Shown one piece after another: positions 56,101 through 64,000 of a DNA stretch of 64,000 nt. Both the position numbers and the translations under genes were made by a program. The DNA comes from a virus, in the IMG/VR virus record IMGVR_UViG_3300010157_000040, positions 32,001 to 96,000 of that record. The stretch is one strand, 5' to 3'. The first letter of the stretch is position 1; every line of letters begins with the position of its first letter. The notes beneath the pieces are model-generated. The model was not told the origin of the DNA. It saw only the letters and a list, made by a program, of their open reading frames with translations, and did not search any database.

Positions 56101-58994
56101 AAATCAAAAGACTTAAAAGTATTGAAGAAGAAATTGTTGCAGCACAAGAACAGTTTGATAGAAAAACTGGTTTATCTAAAGAAGATTCAAATAGATTAAA
56201 ATACTTTGAAGAAGAAATAATTGGTAAAGGTAAGTTTAATGAAATGACACCTGAAGATAAAGCTGAATATCAAAATCTATCTAACAATAGAACAGCATTT
56301 GGTTTGTCTGGTCAAGAAACAACTTATTTAAGAGGTTTATATAGAAAACTTAATGAACTTACTGATACACAAGCAACTGATTATTATATCACTGCATTTA
56401 ATAATGCATTAGGTGATGCTGATGTTCCAATTGCAACAATAGAAACTGCTGATAACTGGATTAATTCAAATGATGTAATGAAAGCAAAAGCTGAAAGTTC
56501 TGCATTTGCTGAATGGTTTGATAGAAATCATTATACTAGACCAAGTTTTGATCAAGAAACCGGAGAGTACATGAATAAGTACTATAGGTTAAAAGCATGG
56601 ACTATAAGTAAACCAAGTGATTCTTCATTTTATAAAAAAACAGAATTAGTTGATCCTACTACTGGTGATAAACTTACAGTAGATGGAGTTCCTATTGCTA
56701 AATATTCATATACTAAAATTAAAGATGAATTTTTTACAGGATATGATGCAAAGACTAAAACTATTAATAAAAAAGTAGGAGTGCATGTAGATAACAGAGG
56801 TAACTTTTTACCTAAGACATTTGCTATTGGAGATGTGAATGATAAATACATGAATAAAAAATATTTTGAACTTCAAAAAGCAAACAATGCACAATATAAA
56901 TTACTTGAAAAATTAAAACAAAATATATTAGATGTACAAGAAGATTCACAATTTGCATCAAGAATGTATTTAGATTTTGCTAGATTTAGAATTGATACTA
57001 ATCTTGAATATTTACAAAAAGGTAAGCTTCAAGAAAGTATAAAAGATAAGAAAAATATTGTATTACAAAATCTAAAGGCTGCTGTTACTGCAGCTAAAGA
57101 TGACCCGGAAAGAAGTTTGAATTTTGATAATAAATATTTATTAGTTCCAACAGACTTACAAGGTAAACCAATTGCTAAAGTTCCTATTAGAGGATTATTT
57201 AATTTAGATATTAATACTGTTTCTACAGATGTGTTTAGATCAATGTTTAATTATATGTATTCAATTGATCAACAAAATGCATTAATAGAAAATGAACCAT
57301 TAGCACAAGCACTACTTAATGTATATAGAGATCCAGATAATGCAATTGATAAATTAGATAGAGCAAGTAAAACTCTTGCAAAAATAGATGATAAAGCATC
57401 TTCTTTCTTAAAAAGATCTACTAATAAAAGATTACAGTTAGCTGAAGATTTTATTAACAGAACTTTTTATGGTCAAATTACTAGTGAATTTCAACAAGAA
57501 AATGTAATGACAACTAAAATTGCAAAAGGTTTAGTTGGTCAAGCAAGTAGAGCATTTTATGCATTAAACTTACAATCCTCAGTAAAAAATAAATGGGGAA
57601 TGACAGTGCAGAAACTTATATATTCTGCAGGTGGAAAATATATTGACTATCCTTCAATGGCAAGAGGTCAAATATCTGCAACAAAAGCAATGTTTGAATA
57701 TGCTGCTAAAGGTGCATATGCAAAAGGAATGAAAAGTTTACCAATGCAAATGATGGATAAGTTTGATATGAATCCAGGAAAAACTAAATCTGAGTTTGGT
57801 AAATCTACTACAAGAACAGCTGTAAAAGATTTATTAGATGGTGCATGGATGTATTCTGATAGAAAATTATTAGAACTAGAAGGAGCATTAGAACTTGGAT
57901 TTGCAGTTATGGAAAAACAACTTGTTGATCAAGTACAAGATGATGGTTCAGTAACACAAATAAGATATGCAGATGCATTTGAAACTAATGCAGAAGGTAA
58001 AATGGTGTTAAAGAAAGGTATTGATCCTGAATGGGGAACAGAAGAACTTACTCATACTGTACAAGTAGGGGACACATTAGATTCTATTGCTAAGAAATAC
58101 CATATGACAGCAGAAGAATTAAAATCAAAAAATAAAATTACAGAACTTCCGGAACTAGGTGAAGATATAACAATTTCAACAAATAAGAAATTTAATGATG
58201 TTAAACTAATCATAGCATCAGTAAATAAAAAACTGAATGGTACAATGACCAACATTGATGGACCAGCAGCTGAAAAGTATTTGTTATATAATCTATTTAG
58301 TTTTTCAAGAAAATATGCCACAGGTATGTTCTTGCAAAGATTTCAAATGGATACTTCTAAAGGTAATAAAGGTAATGAAACATGGGATTGGGACACTAAT
58401 GATACAACTAAAGGAACATACATAGAATTCTTACAACTATCAGGTAAATTAATTAAAGGTTTTAGTACATACTGGCCAATTATGAAACCTTCAGAAAAAG
58501 CTGCTGCTAAACAAGTAATTATGGAAGGTATGTTATTATTTCTTATAGGAATGGTAATAACTTATTTATTTGGTTATGATCAAGGTGATGAAGATAGATT
58601 TGCTAAAATTAAAGCACGTGAAGATAAATATGGTGCTGCAGGATTTATGGCAAACCATTTATTATATCAGTTAATGATGGTAAAGAAAGAAAATCAATCT
58701 TTTATTCCACTTCCTGGAGTAGGTTTAAATGATTGGTTAAGTTTTGGTAAAGCAACTACAATTGTAATAGGTCCAACATTAGGTGTATATGGAAAAATAT
58801 TTGTTGATCTTGGTCAAATCTTAATTGGTAGTGATAAAGCTACATATAAACAAGATGTTGGTCCATATTCATGGCAAAAACAAGATGTATATAAGATTTG
58901 GAATCACATAGGTTCATTATTTGGTGTATCAGGTAAGAATGTTAGTCCTTATTGGTCTATCAAGAAGAAAGAGATATTTGAAAACATGAATTAA
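53124..58994 (+). CDS. Giant cargo protein with zincin motif, LysM domain and C-terminal hydrophobic helices
   Basis: 1956 aa. HEFAH (53724-53738); LysM HTVQVGDTLDSIAKKY…LGEDITI (~58050-58176); hydrophobic MLLFLIGMVITYLF. Confidence 0.75.
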   Translation: MPCPIKIKEFLTNQVFEKGQAGLFMRKELADKLAADINAEYDAKVIKFTKYFDHLEREITIPQSLIDEYYDAELQEEIKEMKSAEREAEEQQLQEDIRAGKVLVENLDVDTDNNDYNFNENFTEDYYKTKVIENRDLQIAQKLGEKYAKAFNVSYSIITPGEAAILLEDSPTPFTSDVSSFFYDNAIYFIEGKFTAASVLHEFAHPLVKGIAFQNPKLFQNLFSQLTSTNTGIDALTKVKDKYPELDEDSDRFKEEAIVTAMEMDAAMEIENVKNNDSAFAKFIQNLIFAIKKVIKALTGNINLKNLSTSTTRDELVNMMLNEDFQIEDLKYQLSLFAEFKKDTEDYIKELKDTTPKKLVEAINKFHNEMTFQIGVLKNSPKKLREELKGKEGLDVLRNIKDYVKGYKTAGEDLTEEELEELFKNLGEEQDDLRVRSLAFINSLTELEVFARRVQTLLSDMRKSDKFMTYDGNGKIQYFKQFMEREVKFLNEVRRSLALDPSNELVKKILAIKAVVEDNVENAKEMTFEFVKGFFMENSITMQKNVKEKLEETIDRVLKAEKFTQDDIDVFKDDLFNKLDIDNIKGIKQSDFLLPSIPKGAKYILSEIGNYNSNKITEETVDNYLRGHVRDLGMMGSLATPMGNVNDMFGSFVNFMKSKLSNAEVKSLDKQYKIAEELQPYLNAVGINHNDTKAIADLVLFIDTVPDTDEHGNFIEKQIYAYLDKFQNWRADRGKLEFDLEKARTLGKKDEIKAAMQARWEFDEKYMQRKYVDAVYDVKKMWRQDNVLLNPATGKEIKISASTSIEAYMERQSALDDLATFNSSNFTELDDLNEFTPSKAAKIKYDELFNMFNLNGEYKQGKELEKVLIRRAYREQSRKFNESTTNIDKVQKDLDHFVNVTLAGMGITKDSDSAKYESEIAKFTSKNFKIAYTNEYFQERNATLDAIKKINEKTKGSDISKQLANLYEQRYNLVNRVTDKDGEPNGLMLGQDQIKRLKSIEEEIVAAQEQFDRKTGLSKEDSNRLKYFEEEIIGKGKFNEMTPEDKAEYQNLSNNRTAFGLSGQETTYLRGLYRKLNELTDTQATDYYITAFNNALGDADVPIATIETADNWINSNDVMKAKAESSAFAEWFDRNHYTRPSFDQETGEYMNKYYRLKAWTISKPSDSSFYKKTELVDPTTGDKLTVDGVPIAKYSYTKIKDEFFTGYDAKTKTINKKVGVHVDNRGNFLPKTFAIGDVNDKYMNKKYFELQKANNAQYKLLEKLKQNILDVQEDSQFASRMYLDFARFRIDTNLEYLQKGKLQESIKDKKNIVLQNLKAAVTAAKDDPERSLNFDNKYLLVPTDLQGKPIAKVPIRGLFNLDINTVSTDVFRSMFNYMYSIDQQNALIENEPLAQALLNVYRDPDNAIDKLDRASKTLAKIDDKASSFLKRSTNKRLQLAEDFINRTFYGQITSEFQQENVMTTKIAKGLVGQASRAFYALNLQSSVKNKWGMTVQKLIYSAGGKYIDYPSMARGQISATKAMFEYAAKGAYAKGMKSLPMQMMDKFDMNPGKTKSEFGKSTTRTAVKDLLDGAWMYSDRKLLELEGALELGFAVMEKQLVDQVQDDGSVTQIRYADAFETNAEGKMVLKKGIDPEWGTEELTHTVQVGDTLDSIAKKYHMTAEELKSKNKITELPELGEDITISTNKKFNDVKLIIASVNKKLNGTMTNIDGPAAEKYLLYNLFSFSRKYATGMFLQRFQMDTSKGNKGNETWDWDTNDTTKGTYIEFLQLSGKLIKGFSTYWPIMKPSEKAAAKQVIMEGMLLFLIGMVITYLFGYDQGDEDRFAKIKAREDKYGAAGFMANHLLYQLMMVKKENQSFIPLPGVGLNDWLSFGKATTIVIGPTLGVYGKIFVDLGQILIGSDKATYKQDVGPYSWQKQDVYKIWNHIGSLFGVSGKNVSPYWSIKKKEIFENMN

Positions 58995-59026
58995 AAAAAA
59001 TAAGGGAAAGTCCTAAGACTCTCCCT
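58993..59026 (-). terminator. Terminator for the minus-strand module (second of a tandem pair)
   Basis: Stem AGGGAAAGTC/GACTCTCCCT preceded by A8 on +. The A·C mismatch becomes G·U on the minus strand. Confidence 0.7.
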
Positions 59027-59050
59027 ATATGTTTTTATCTTGTTCCAACT

Positions 59051-59080
59051 AAAAAAAAAGAGGTGCATCTCTGCACCCCT
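59051..59080 (-). terminator. Terminator for the minus-strand module
   Basis: A9 then AGAGGTGCA/TGCACCCCT. G·U pair only on the minus strand. Confidence 0.75.
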
Positions 59081-59115
59081 TAATTGATATATATTAACCC
59101 TGTAAACCAGGTTCT

Positions 59116-60267
59116 TTAAAAGAAGTCAGTTATATCATCTGATTCTTCTTCATTTTCATCTACAAAATCAATAGATAAATTAAAATCTAACACTTCAACT
59201 TTTTCTATTTCTAATTTAGTTAAGTCAGCTTCTATTTCTATTTCTACTTCTTCTTCTACTGTAATAATGTGTTGTTCTGACCAAATATTAATCTCATCAT
59301 CATCATCATCTGGATCTTTAGTTACTGCATTATGAAAATCTATAGCTTCAAATGTATTTCCTGCAACATCAGTATAGGTTACTATATCTTCTTGCAATTT
59401 AGTAAAAATAATTTCTTCAGCTGCATATCTGATATCTTCATCCATTTGATCAGCTTCCATATCAGCAATCTGGTTAAGTAAGTTAACTTGATTAGGATCA
59501 ACAAACTCTACCTCAGATTCAACAACTACAGGAACTACTACAGGAGCAGCAACTGCAAAATTATTAATACTTGACATAAAATAATGAAGTACTCTTTGGT
59601 CTTCCATCCATGTTTTAGGATGTGAATGTTGTAGAGCAATAGTTACATAATTATAAAAAGCCCATAGACTATTAGAATCATCATATATATGACTTGGTCT
59701 ATCCATTTGGTTTCTAATCATACTTGCTTGTTCAGTTGTAATTATCTGATATTCAGCAAATAAGATACCTAACATTTGTGCTTGTCTTCTTTTGTTTAAC
59801 ACAATAGTTTTCATTTGTTCTTTATCAGCTACTAACTGATCATAATACATCTGTGCACCAGCAATTTGCTCTTTAATAGTAGCAATTGTTTCTGTGTCAG
59901 CTGTTCCAGTATGTTTTCTAGCCCAACTTCCCATATCACCACATACCATTACAGTTCCTGTATTATTTATATAAGCTCCAACTCCACATTTAAATCTCAC
60001 TTGCTTATTATAACTATTAGTCCATGCAAACATCATATTTAATTCCGGGTCATTATTATAGTTTAATTTATAAATCCCCTGAGCAATCTGACCATCTGCA
60101 GTTGCTCTATACTCTTCTGTATTAACTACAAAACCTGCTGTTGCAAGTTCTGTAAATACATAATCTATTACTGATTGATGACTGATAACTGTATAAGTAT
60201 CACCATGAATAGGTAATGTCACACTAATTAAGTGTGCTTTTGTGCAATCTTGAATTTTCTTTGGCAT
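59116..60267 (-). CDS. DUF932-like protein with long acidic C-terminus
   Basis: 'TYTVISH…NSYNKQ…ARKHTG…SLWAFYNYVT' resembles DUF932/TIGR03299-type proteins. Confidence 0.55.
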   Translation of the reverse strand: MPKKIQDCTKAHLISVTLPIHGDTYTVISHQSVIDYVFTELATAGFVVNTEEYRATADGQIAQGIYKLNYNNDPELNMMFAWTNSYNKQVRFKCGVGAYINNTGTVMVCGDMGSWARKHTGTADTETIATIKEQIAGAQMYYDQLVADKEQMKTIVLNKRRQAQMLGILFAEYQIITTEQASMIRNQMDRPSHIYDDSNSLWAFYNYVTIALQHSHPKTWMEDQRVLHYFMSSINNFAVAAPVVVPVVVESEVEFVDPNQVNLLNQIADMEADQMDEDIRYAAEEIIFTKLQEDIVTYTDVAGNTFEAIDFHNAVTKDPDDDDDEINIWSEQHIITVEEEVEIEIEADLTKLEIEKVEVLDFNLSIDFVDENEEESDDITDFF

Positions 60268-62166
60268 TTAAAATAATTTCAATTGTTCAACTCTTGGTTC
60301 TAAGGAATTAATTTCCTTTTCTATTTTTTCTAAATAATAATCATAATTAATATTATAGTCTTCCATGTCTTTTTCAACATGCTTAATCATAACAGTTTGC
60401 ATCCACTTTCCTGCTTCAACTTGTATTTCTCTGGAATCTAGTAAGTTAGTTTTAATAATCTTACTTCCTTTATGTGAGATGTAATACCTAATTGTATGCT
60501 GTAATGGTTGTTTTGTATAATTTCCATTAACAACTGAGTGTTCATAAAATTTCCAATCTCCTTTTATCTTTACTCCACCACAATAATCAAAGATGTTTTT
60601 TTGAGTTTTTAAATATTCTATTGGTTCAATACCATTTACAAAATAGTTAAAAATTGCTTTTGGAATAATCAGAAAACTTTTGTTTTTATGCAATGCTAAA
60701 TTTTCAAAATCAAATCTACCTTTACATTTAGTTTTACCATCTTCTGTAATAGCAATATAATTATTTACATCTCCTAAAATAATCTTACTATAAGTATCAT
60801 GTTCTAGTTCTAGATTAGTAATTTTTTCCCAATCAGAACATATCTCTAAATATTTATCTTTATACTCTCTTGGTATAATCATTTCAATACCATCAGTATT
60901 TTGCATTAATGGAACAGCATTAGGAATCTCTTCAGCAATCCTTTCGTACAACATCATCAAACTAAGTTGACCATTAACAGTAATTCTCATAGTAAATTCA
61001 GGATCATACAAAAAACTATTCTTATCATTACTTAAACCATAAGTAGAATTTAAAATAATTTTATATACATAATTTTTAGGATCTTTTTTAGGTATCTTTT
61101 TTCTTTCATCAAAAAACCATTCATACTGATCACAAAATTCTTTTTGTGGTAAATGTGCTGGAGCCCACTTATTTCTAATAGCAAGATTAGGATAAAAAGA
61201 AGTTACATCAGAAGTCATAATAACCATGTCTTCATTAGAAGTATACACTTTACTACTTCTAGCTCCGTGAACACCACCAAGACCAAAATCAGTCTTCATT
61301 CCTTTGTACTGTATAGAATATTTAAATCCTCCTTTAGTTTCTCCAGGATAGATAACTACTTCATTAAACTTATCTAATAATTTTTGAAATGTAGCAGTTT
61401 TAAAGCTAATGTAAGGTAGTATAATATCTTTTACAACTATCTTATCTCTTTTAGTTCTTAACTGTCTAAGATCCCATTTTTTAATACCAGTTTTTTGACT
61501 TAAGAAATGTAAAAATAATTCTTTAGAAATTCTTGGTTCAGATGCAGAATATAAATCTATACCATATTCATCAGTTAATTGTCTACGCAGATCTATACTA
61601 CTTTTACTAAGGAACATAATTGCTTTTGTAGACTTAACATCATTTATACAGTATTCTATGATAGAATCTATTTGATGTGCAAAAACATCAGTACTGTGAT
61701 GAATTGGCATATCTATAATATTTTTCCAATCCATAGTATACTGAATCCATTTTAATGAACTTCTCTTAGCTGGATTATCCCAATGATTAAGTTTAAAAAC
61801 ATCTAACTGTCTTATTTGTAAATCTCTAGGACTAAATTCTAAGAATTCTCCTTCATTTTGTCTTTGGATAACATTCTGTGCTTTATCATAAATAAAGTTT
61901 GCAATATCTCCACCAGACATTTCCAGTAATTGGTCTTTGTTTCTTAATACATGTTCAGTAATTTGGCTATCAAAACCTAAACCATTAAAACTTACATGCC
62001 ATTCATCATAAGCTATGTTTCTTTCTAAGAAAGTTACTAGCTCTAATATTTCATTTTTACTTTCGTGGATTACAAATATTTCTCTTTCTTCAGATTTTAC
62101 ATCTTCAAATACTCCAAGAAATAAATTGGACATGGTTTCATAGTCCATTACATAGTTTGTTTTCAT
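60268..62166 (-). CDS. DNA polymerase family B
   Basis: Exonuclease motifs DYET, FNGLGFD and YCINDV; polymerase motifs SDVTSFYPN, KIILNSTYG and NTDG. Likely start MKTNY at 62166. Confidence 0.92.
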   Translation of the reverse strand: MKTNYVMDYETMSNLFLGVFEDVKSEEREIFVIHESKNEILELVTFLERNIAYDEWHVSFNGLGFDSQITEHVLRNKDQLLEMSGGDIANFIYDKAQNVIQRQNEGEFLEFSPRDLQIRQLDVFKLNHWDNPAKRSSLKWIQYTMDWKNIIDMPIHHSTDVFAHQIDSIIEYCINDVKSTKAIMFLSKSSIDLRRQLTDEYGIDLYSASEPRISKELFLHFLSQKTGIKKWDLRQLRTKRDKIVVKDIILPYISFKTATFQKLLDKFNEVVIYPGETKGGFKYSIQYKGMKTDFGLGGVHGARSSKVYTSNEDMVIMTSDVTSFYPNLAIRNKWAPAHLPQKEFCDQYEWFFDERKKIPKKDPKNYVYKIILNSTYGLSNDKNSFLYDPEFTMRITVNGQLSLMMLYERIAEEIPNAVPLMQNTDGIEMIIPREYKDKYLEICSDWEKITNLELEHDTYSKIILGDVNNYIAITEDGKTKCKGRFDFENLALHKNKSFLIIPKAIFNYFVNGIEPIEYLKTQKNIFDYCGGVKIKGDWKFYEHSVVNGNYTKQPLQHTIRYYISHKGSKIIKTNLLDSREIQVEAGKWMQTVMIKHVEKDMEDYNINYDYYLEKIEKEINSLEPRVEQLKLF

Positions 62167-62205
62167 ATGCAAGTTCAGTTAAGCTGTTCCCCCTATTTAA
62201 TTAAC

Positions 62206-62238
62206 AAAAAAAATGGGTAGCATAACTACCCACTTTTT
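62206..62238 (-). terminator. Terminator-like hairpin between the 62240 gene and the polymerase
   Basis: A8 + TGGGTAG-CATAA-CTACCCA + CTTTTT; possibly bidirectional. Confidence 0.6.
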
Positions 62239-62239
62239 A

Positions 62240-62641
62240 TTATATACCTGCTACAGGTAAATCTTCTGTAGGAATTTCTTCAACTAAGAATTTCTTATAA
62301 TCAAAAGTTTTTGCATTAATTGCAACAAGTTTAATTATTTCTTCCATAGCTGTTTTATCCTCAACATAATACTCTTGAAAAGTATCTACTGTTTTTCTTT
62401 CTTCTTTAACAGTTCTTCCATTAGGTCTTTGACCTTTAACTGACATGGCATCACCATTATCATCTAATCTTGGAATCATGTGTAAAGATGTTTTAACAAT
62501 TTTAGAAATCACAACAAAAACTTTTGTTGCAGGATCTAAAATACATTCTACATAAGGACATTCATTAGTAATTGGAACTAATCTGAATGTTTGACTTTCT
62601 TGCCAGCTTGACTGCACAAGAATCATTGAATTTTGACTCAT
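62240..62641 (-). CDS. Hypothetical protein
   Basis: 133-aa ORF in the replication operon. Confidence 0.7.
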   Translation of the reverse strand: MSQNSMILVQSSWQESQTFRLVPITNECPYVECILDPATKVFVVISKIVKTSLHMIPRLDDNGDAMSVKGQRPNGRTVKEERKTVDTFQEYYVEDKTAMEEIIKLVAINAKTFDYKKFLVEEIPTEDLPVAGI

Positions 62642-62672
62642 AATATTTATTGATTTTAAAATTTAATACAAA

Positions 62673-63239
62673 TTAATCAAGAATTTTTATATTTTCCAAA
62701 TTAACTACCTCTAATAATAATTTTTCTTTATTAAAATCGGGTTTATTACATAGTTCACCTACTTCTTTTAGTAGACTCTCAGGTACATCTAGCAAGTCTG
62801 CATACACCTTGAAATAATTTTCAGGAAATAAGTAACTTTCAACATATACATGGTTGGCACTATGTTTATCAAAATAATTTAGAATTTTGCGCTTTGTTTT
62901 TTCTTGCATTTTACTGTAGTGTCCATTTATAAAATGAGACCAGTCATCTGTCAAATCAGAAAAGTCAAATGTGAATACACTAGTTGAGTTATCTACTTCT
63001 ATATAATCACAAAGTCTTGTATGTTTAAGAAGAACATTCTTCTCAAAATTTAAATACTCTGGATCTTTTCTAGTGTGATAAACACAAACTAATTTCATAT
63101 CCTCGGGACCGTATGATTCATTCCAACTAAGATATGTTTCAGTTGGAATAATACTTGTACCTCTTTTAATATCTAAGAGTGGATATAAAAATATCTTAGA
63201 TTTTTGGAAATATTTCCTATAAAGCGCTTTTAATGACAT
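62673..63239 (-). CDS. Hypothetical protein (replication module)
   Basis: 188-aa ORF tightly packed after the nuclease gene. Confidence 0.7.
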   Translation of the reverse strand: MSLKALYRKYFQKSKIFLYPLLDIKRGTSIIPTETYLSWNESYGPEDMKLVCVYHTRKDPEYLNFEKNVLLKHTRLCDYIEVDNSTSVFTFDFSDLTDDWSHFINGHYSKMQEKTKRKILNYFDKHSANHVYVESYLFPENYFKVYADLLDVPESLLKEVGELCNKPDFNKEKLLLEVVNLENIKILD

Positions 63240-63242
63240 AAT

Positions 63243-64000
63243 TTACAATTTTACATTACCAATAGCTAGTTCATATGGAAGTGTGTAATCTTTGTTTAAA
63301 TAGTGATAACTTATTGTATCTTCTATATTTTCAAAATCAAAACCCCATATCTCTAGACTTTCTTTAGAGACTTGGAATGGGTATACTTGGTTGTATTTAT
63401 CTATTACAATAAATGTTACAACTATATCCCAATCTATAGCATCTGGTAAATCTTTGATAAACTTTACATATGCCATCTTTTTATACATAGTGGCTTGAAT
63501 CCAATATTTATAATATTTAACAGCATCAGGAAAATCTATTAAATTTTTACCTGTGGTTTTAAGGTCATTAATAAATATTGTTTTAGATTCTCTATCTATC
63601 ACAACATTATCAAGAAATCCTTTATAACCAAATGGAAGATTTTCAATATCAACTTGTAATGGCAACTCATTATAAACTGATAAATGTTTATCTTCTGCAG
63701 TCATGTCAAGTTGTAGTAATGCTCTAACTGATGTATCCATCTTTAAAACTTCAACACTTTCCTTGCAACCACTCAAGGTGTCTTGATCTACTACAGTCTT
63801 TCCTTGACTGTTTTTAAGAAAACTAAAATAGTCTTTGTGGTCCTCTGTCAGAATTTTTGCAAGTCTTTGCTCATCTGTTTTTAAGGATTGATGTAAGTTA
63901 ACTGTAAGTAGATGTGTAAGTATTTCTTGAGAGTAGTCCTCCAAAGATAGTGTATCATTTTGTAATGTGCAATGATATTTAAAAATATTATGCAACAATT
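63243..64000 (-). CDS. PD-(D/E)XK (RecB/Cas4-like) exonuclease, 5'-truncated
   Basis: NEL…YKGFLDNVVID…INDLKTT…YKYWIQATMY. The frame runs off the window end. Confidence 0.85.
   Translation of the reverse strand, partial: LLHNIFKYHCTLQNDTLSLEDYSQEILTHLLTVNLHQSLKTDEQRLAKILTEDHKDYFSFLKNSQGKTVVDQDTLSGCKESVEVLKMDTSVRALLQLDMTAEDKHLSVYNELPLQVDIENLPFGYKGFLDNVVIDRESKTIFINDLKTTGKNLIDFPDAVKYYKYWIQATMYKKMAYVKFIKDLPDAIDWDIVVTFIVIDKYNQVYPFQVSKESLEIWGFDFENIEDTISYHYLNKDYTLPYELAIGNVKL

Noticed and set aside
750-58321. Many short antisense or alternate-frame ORFs in the ORF track (e.g. 750-989, 4269-4661, 12669-13082, 41751-42086, 55448-55774)
   Set aside because: They overlap long, motif-bearing genes, have shadow-ORF composition (F/L/S/I-rich) and show no independent signals.
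58995-59115. tRNA or other structured RNA gene at the convergent junction
   Set aside because: The hairpins are explained as tandem terminators, and no cloverleaf is apparent.
42269-62172. Introns or inteins in RNAP or PolB
   Set aside because: Both ORFs are continuous, and I saw no intein splice motifs or homing endonuclease.
1-64000. Stop-codon reassignment (known in some gut crAss-like phages)
   Set aside because: Genes tile the window densely under the standard code, with intact ORFs up to 10.8 kb and no fragmentation.
63243-64000. Cas4-like nuclease as evidence of CRISPR-Cas
   Set aside because: It is a solo PD-(D/E)XK nuclease in a replication operon, with no array or other cas genes.

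Overview
The window is a ~30% GC, gene-dense fragment of a crAss-like (Crassvirales-type) tailed phage genome. It most resembles the environmental phages of Bacteroidota/Flavobacteria and uses the standard genetic code. Positions 1-58994 (+ strand) hold the virion module: putative scaffold, major capsid protein, a cluster of small Lys-rich proteins, adaptor/ring proteins, a Dps-like protein, Cys-rich structural/fibre proteins, an HU/IHF-like protein and the tail stabilization protein. These are followed by a ~36 kb block of large putative ejected cargo proteins, including a 3607-aa single-chain virion RNA polymerase (GADFDVDK). Positions 59116-64000 (- strand) are the end of a convergent replication module (PD-(D/E)XK nuclease, family B DNA polymerase, DUF932-like protein). 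Highlights: (1) in-frame ~21-24 bp 'TQPS' repeats delimit domain cassettes, one of them AlkB, at the RNAP C-terminus; (2) three nearly Cys-free giant cargo proteins carry Cys at adjoining termini; (3) a x-x-x-G-G motif recurs about 35 times across the basic and cargo proteins; (4) a SET domain is fused to a lysozyme in a phage that also encodes Lys-rich histone-tail-like proteins. All family calls come from motif recognition and synteny; no database searches were run.
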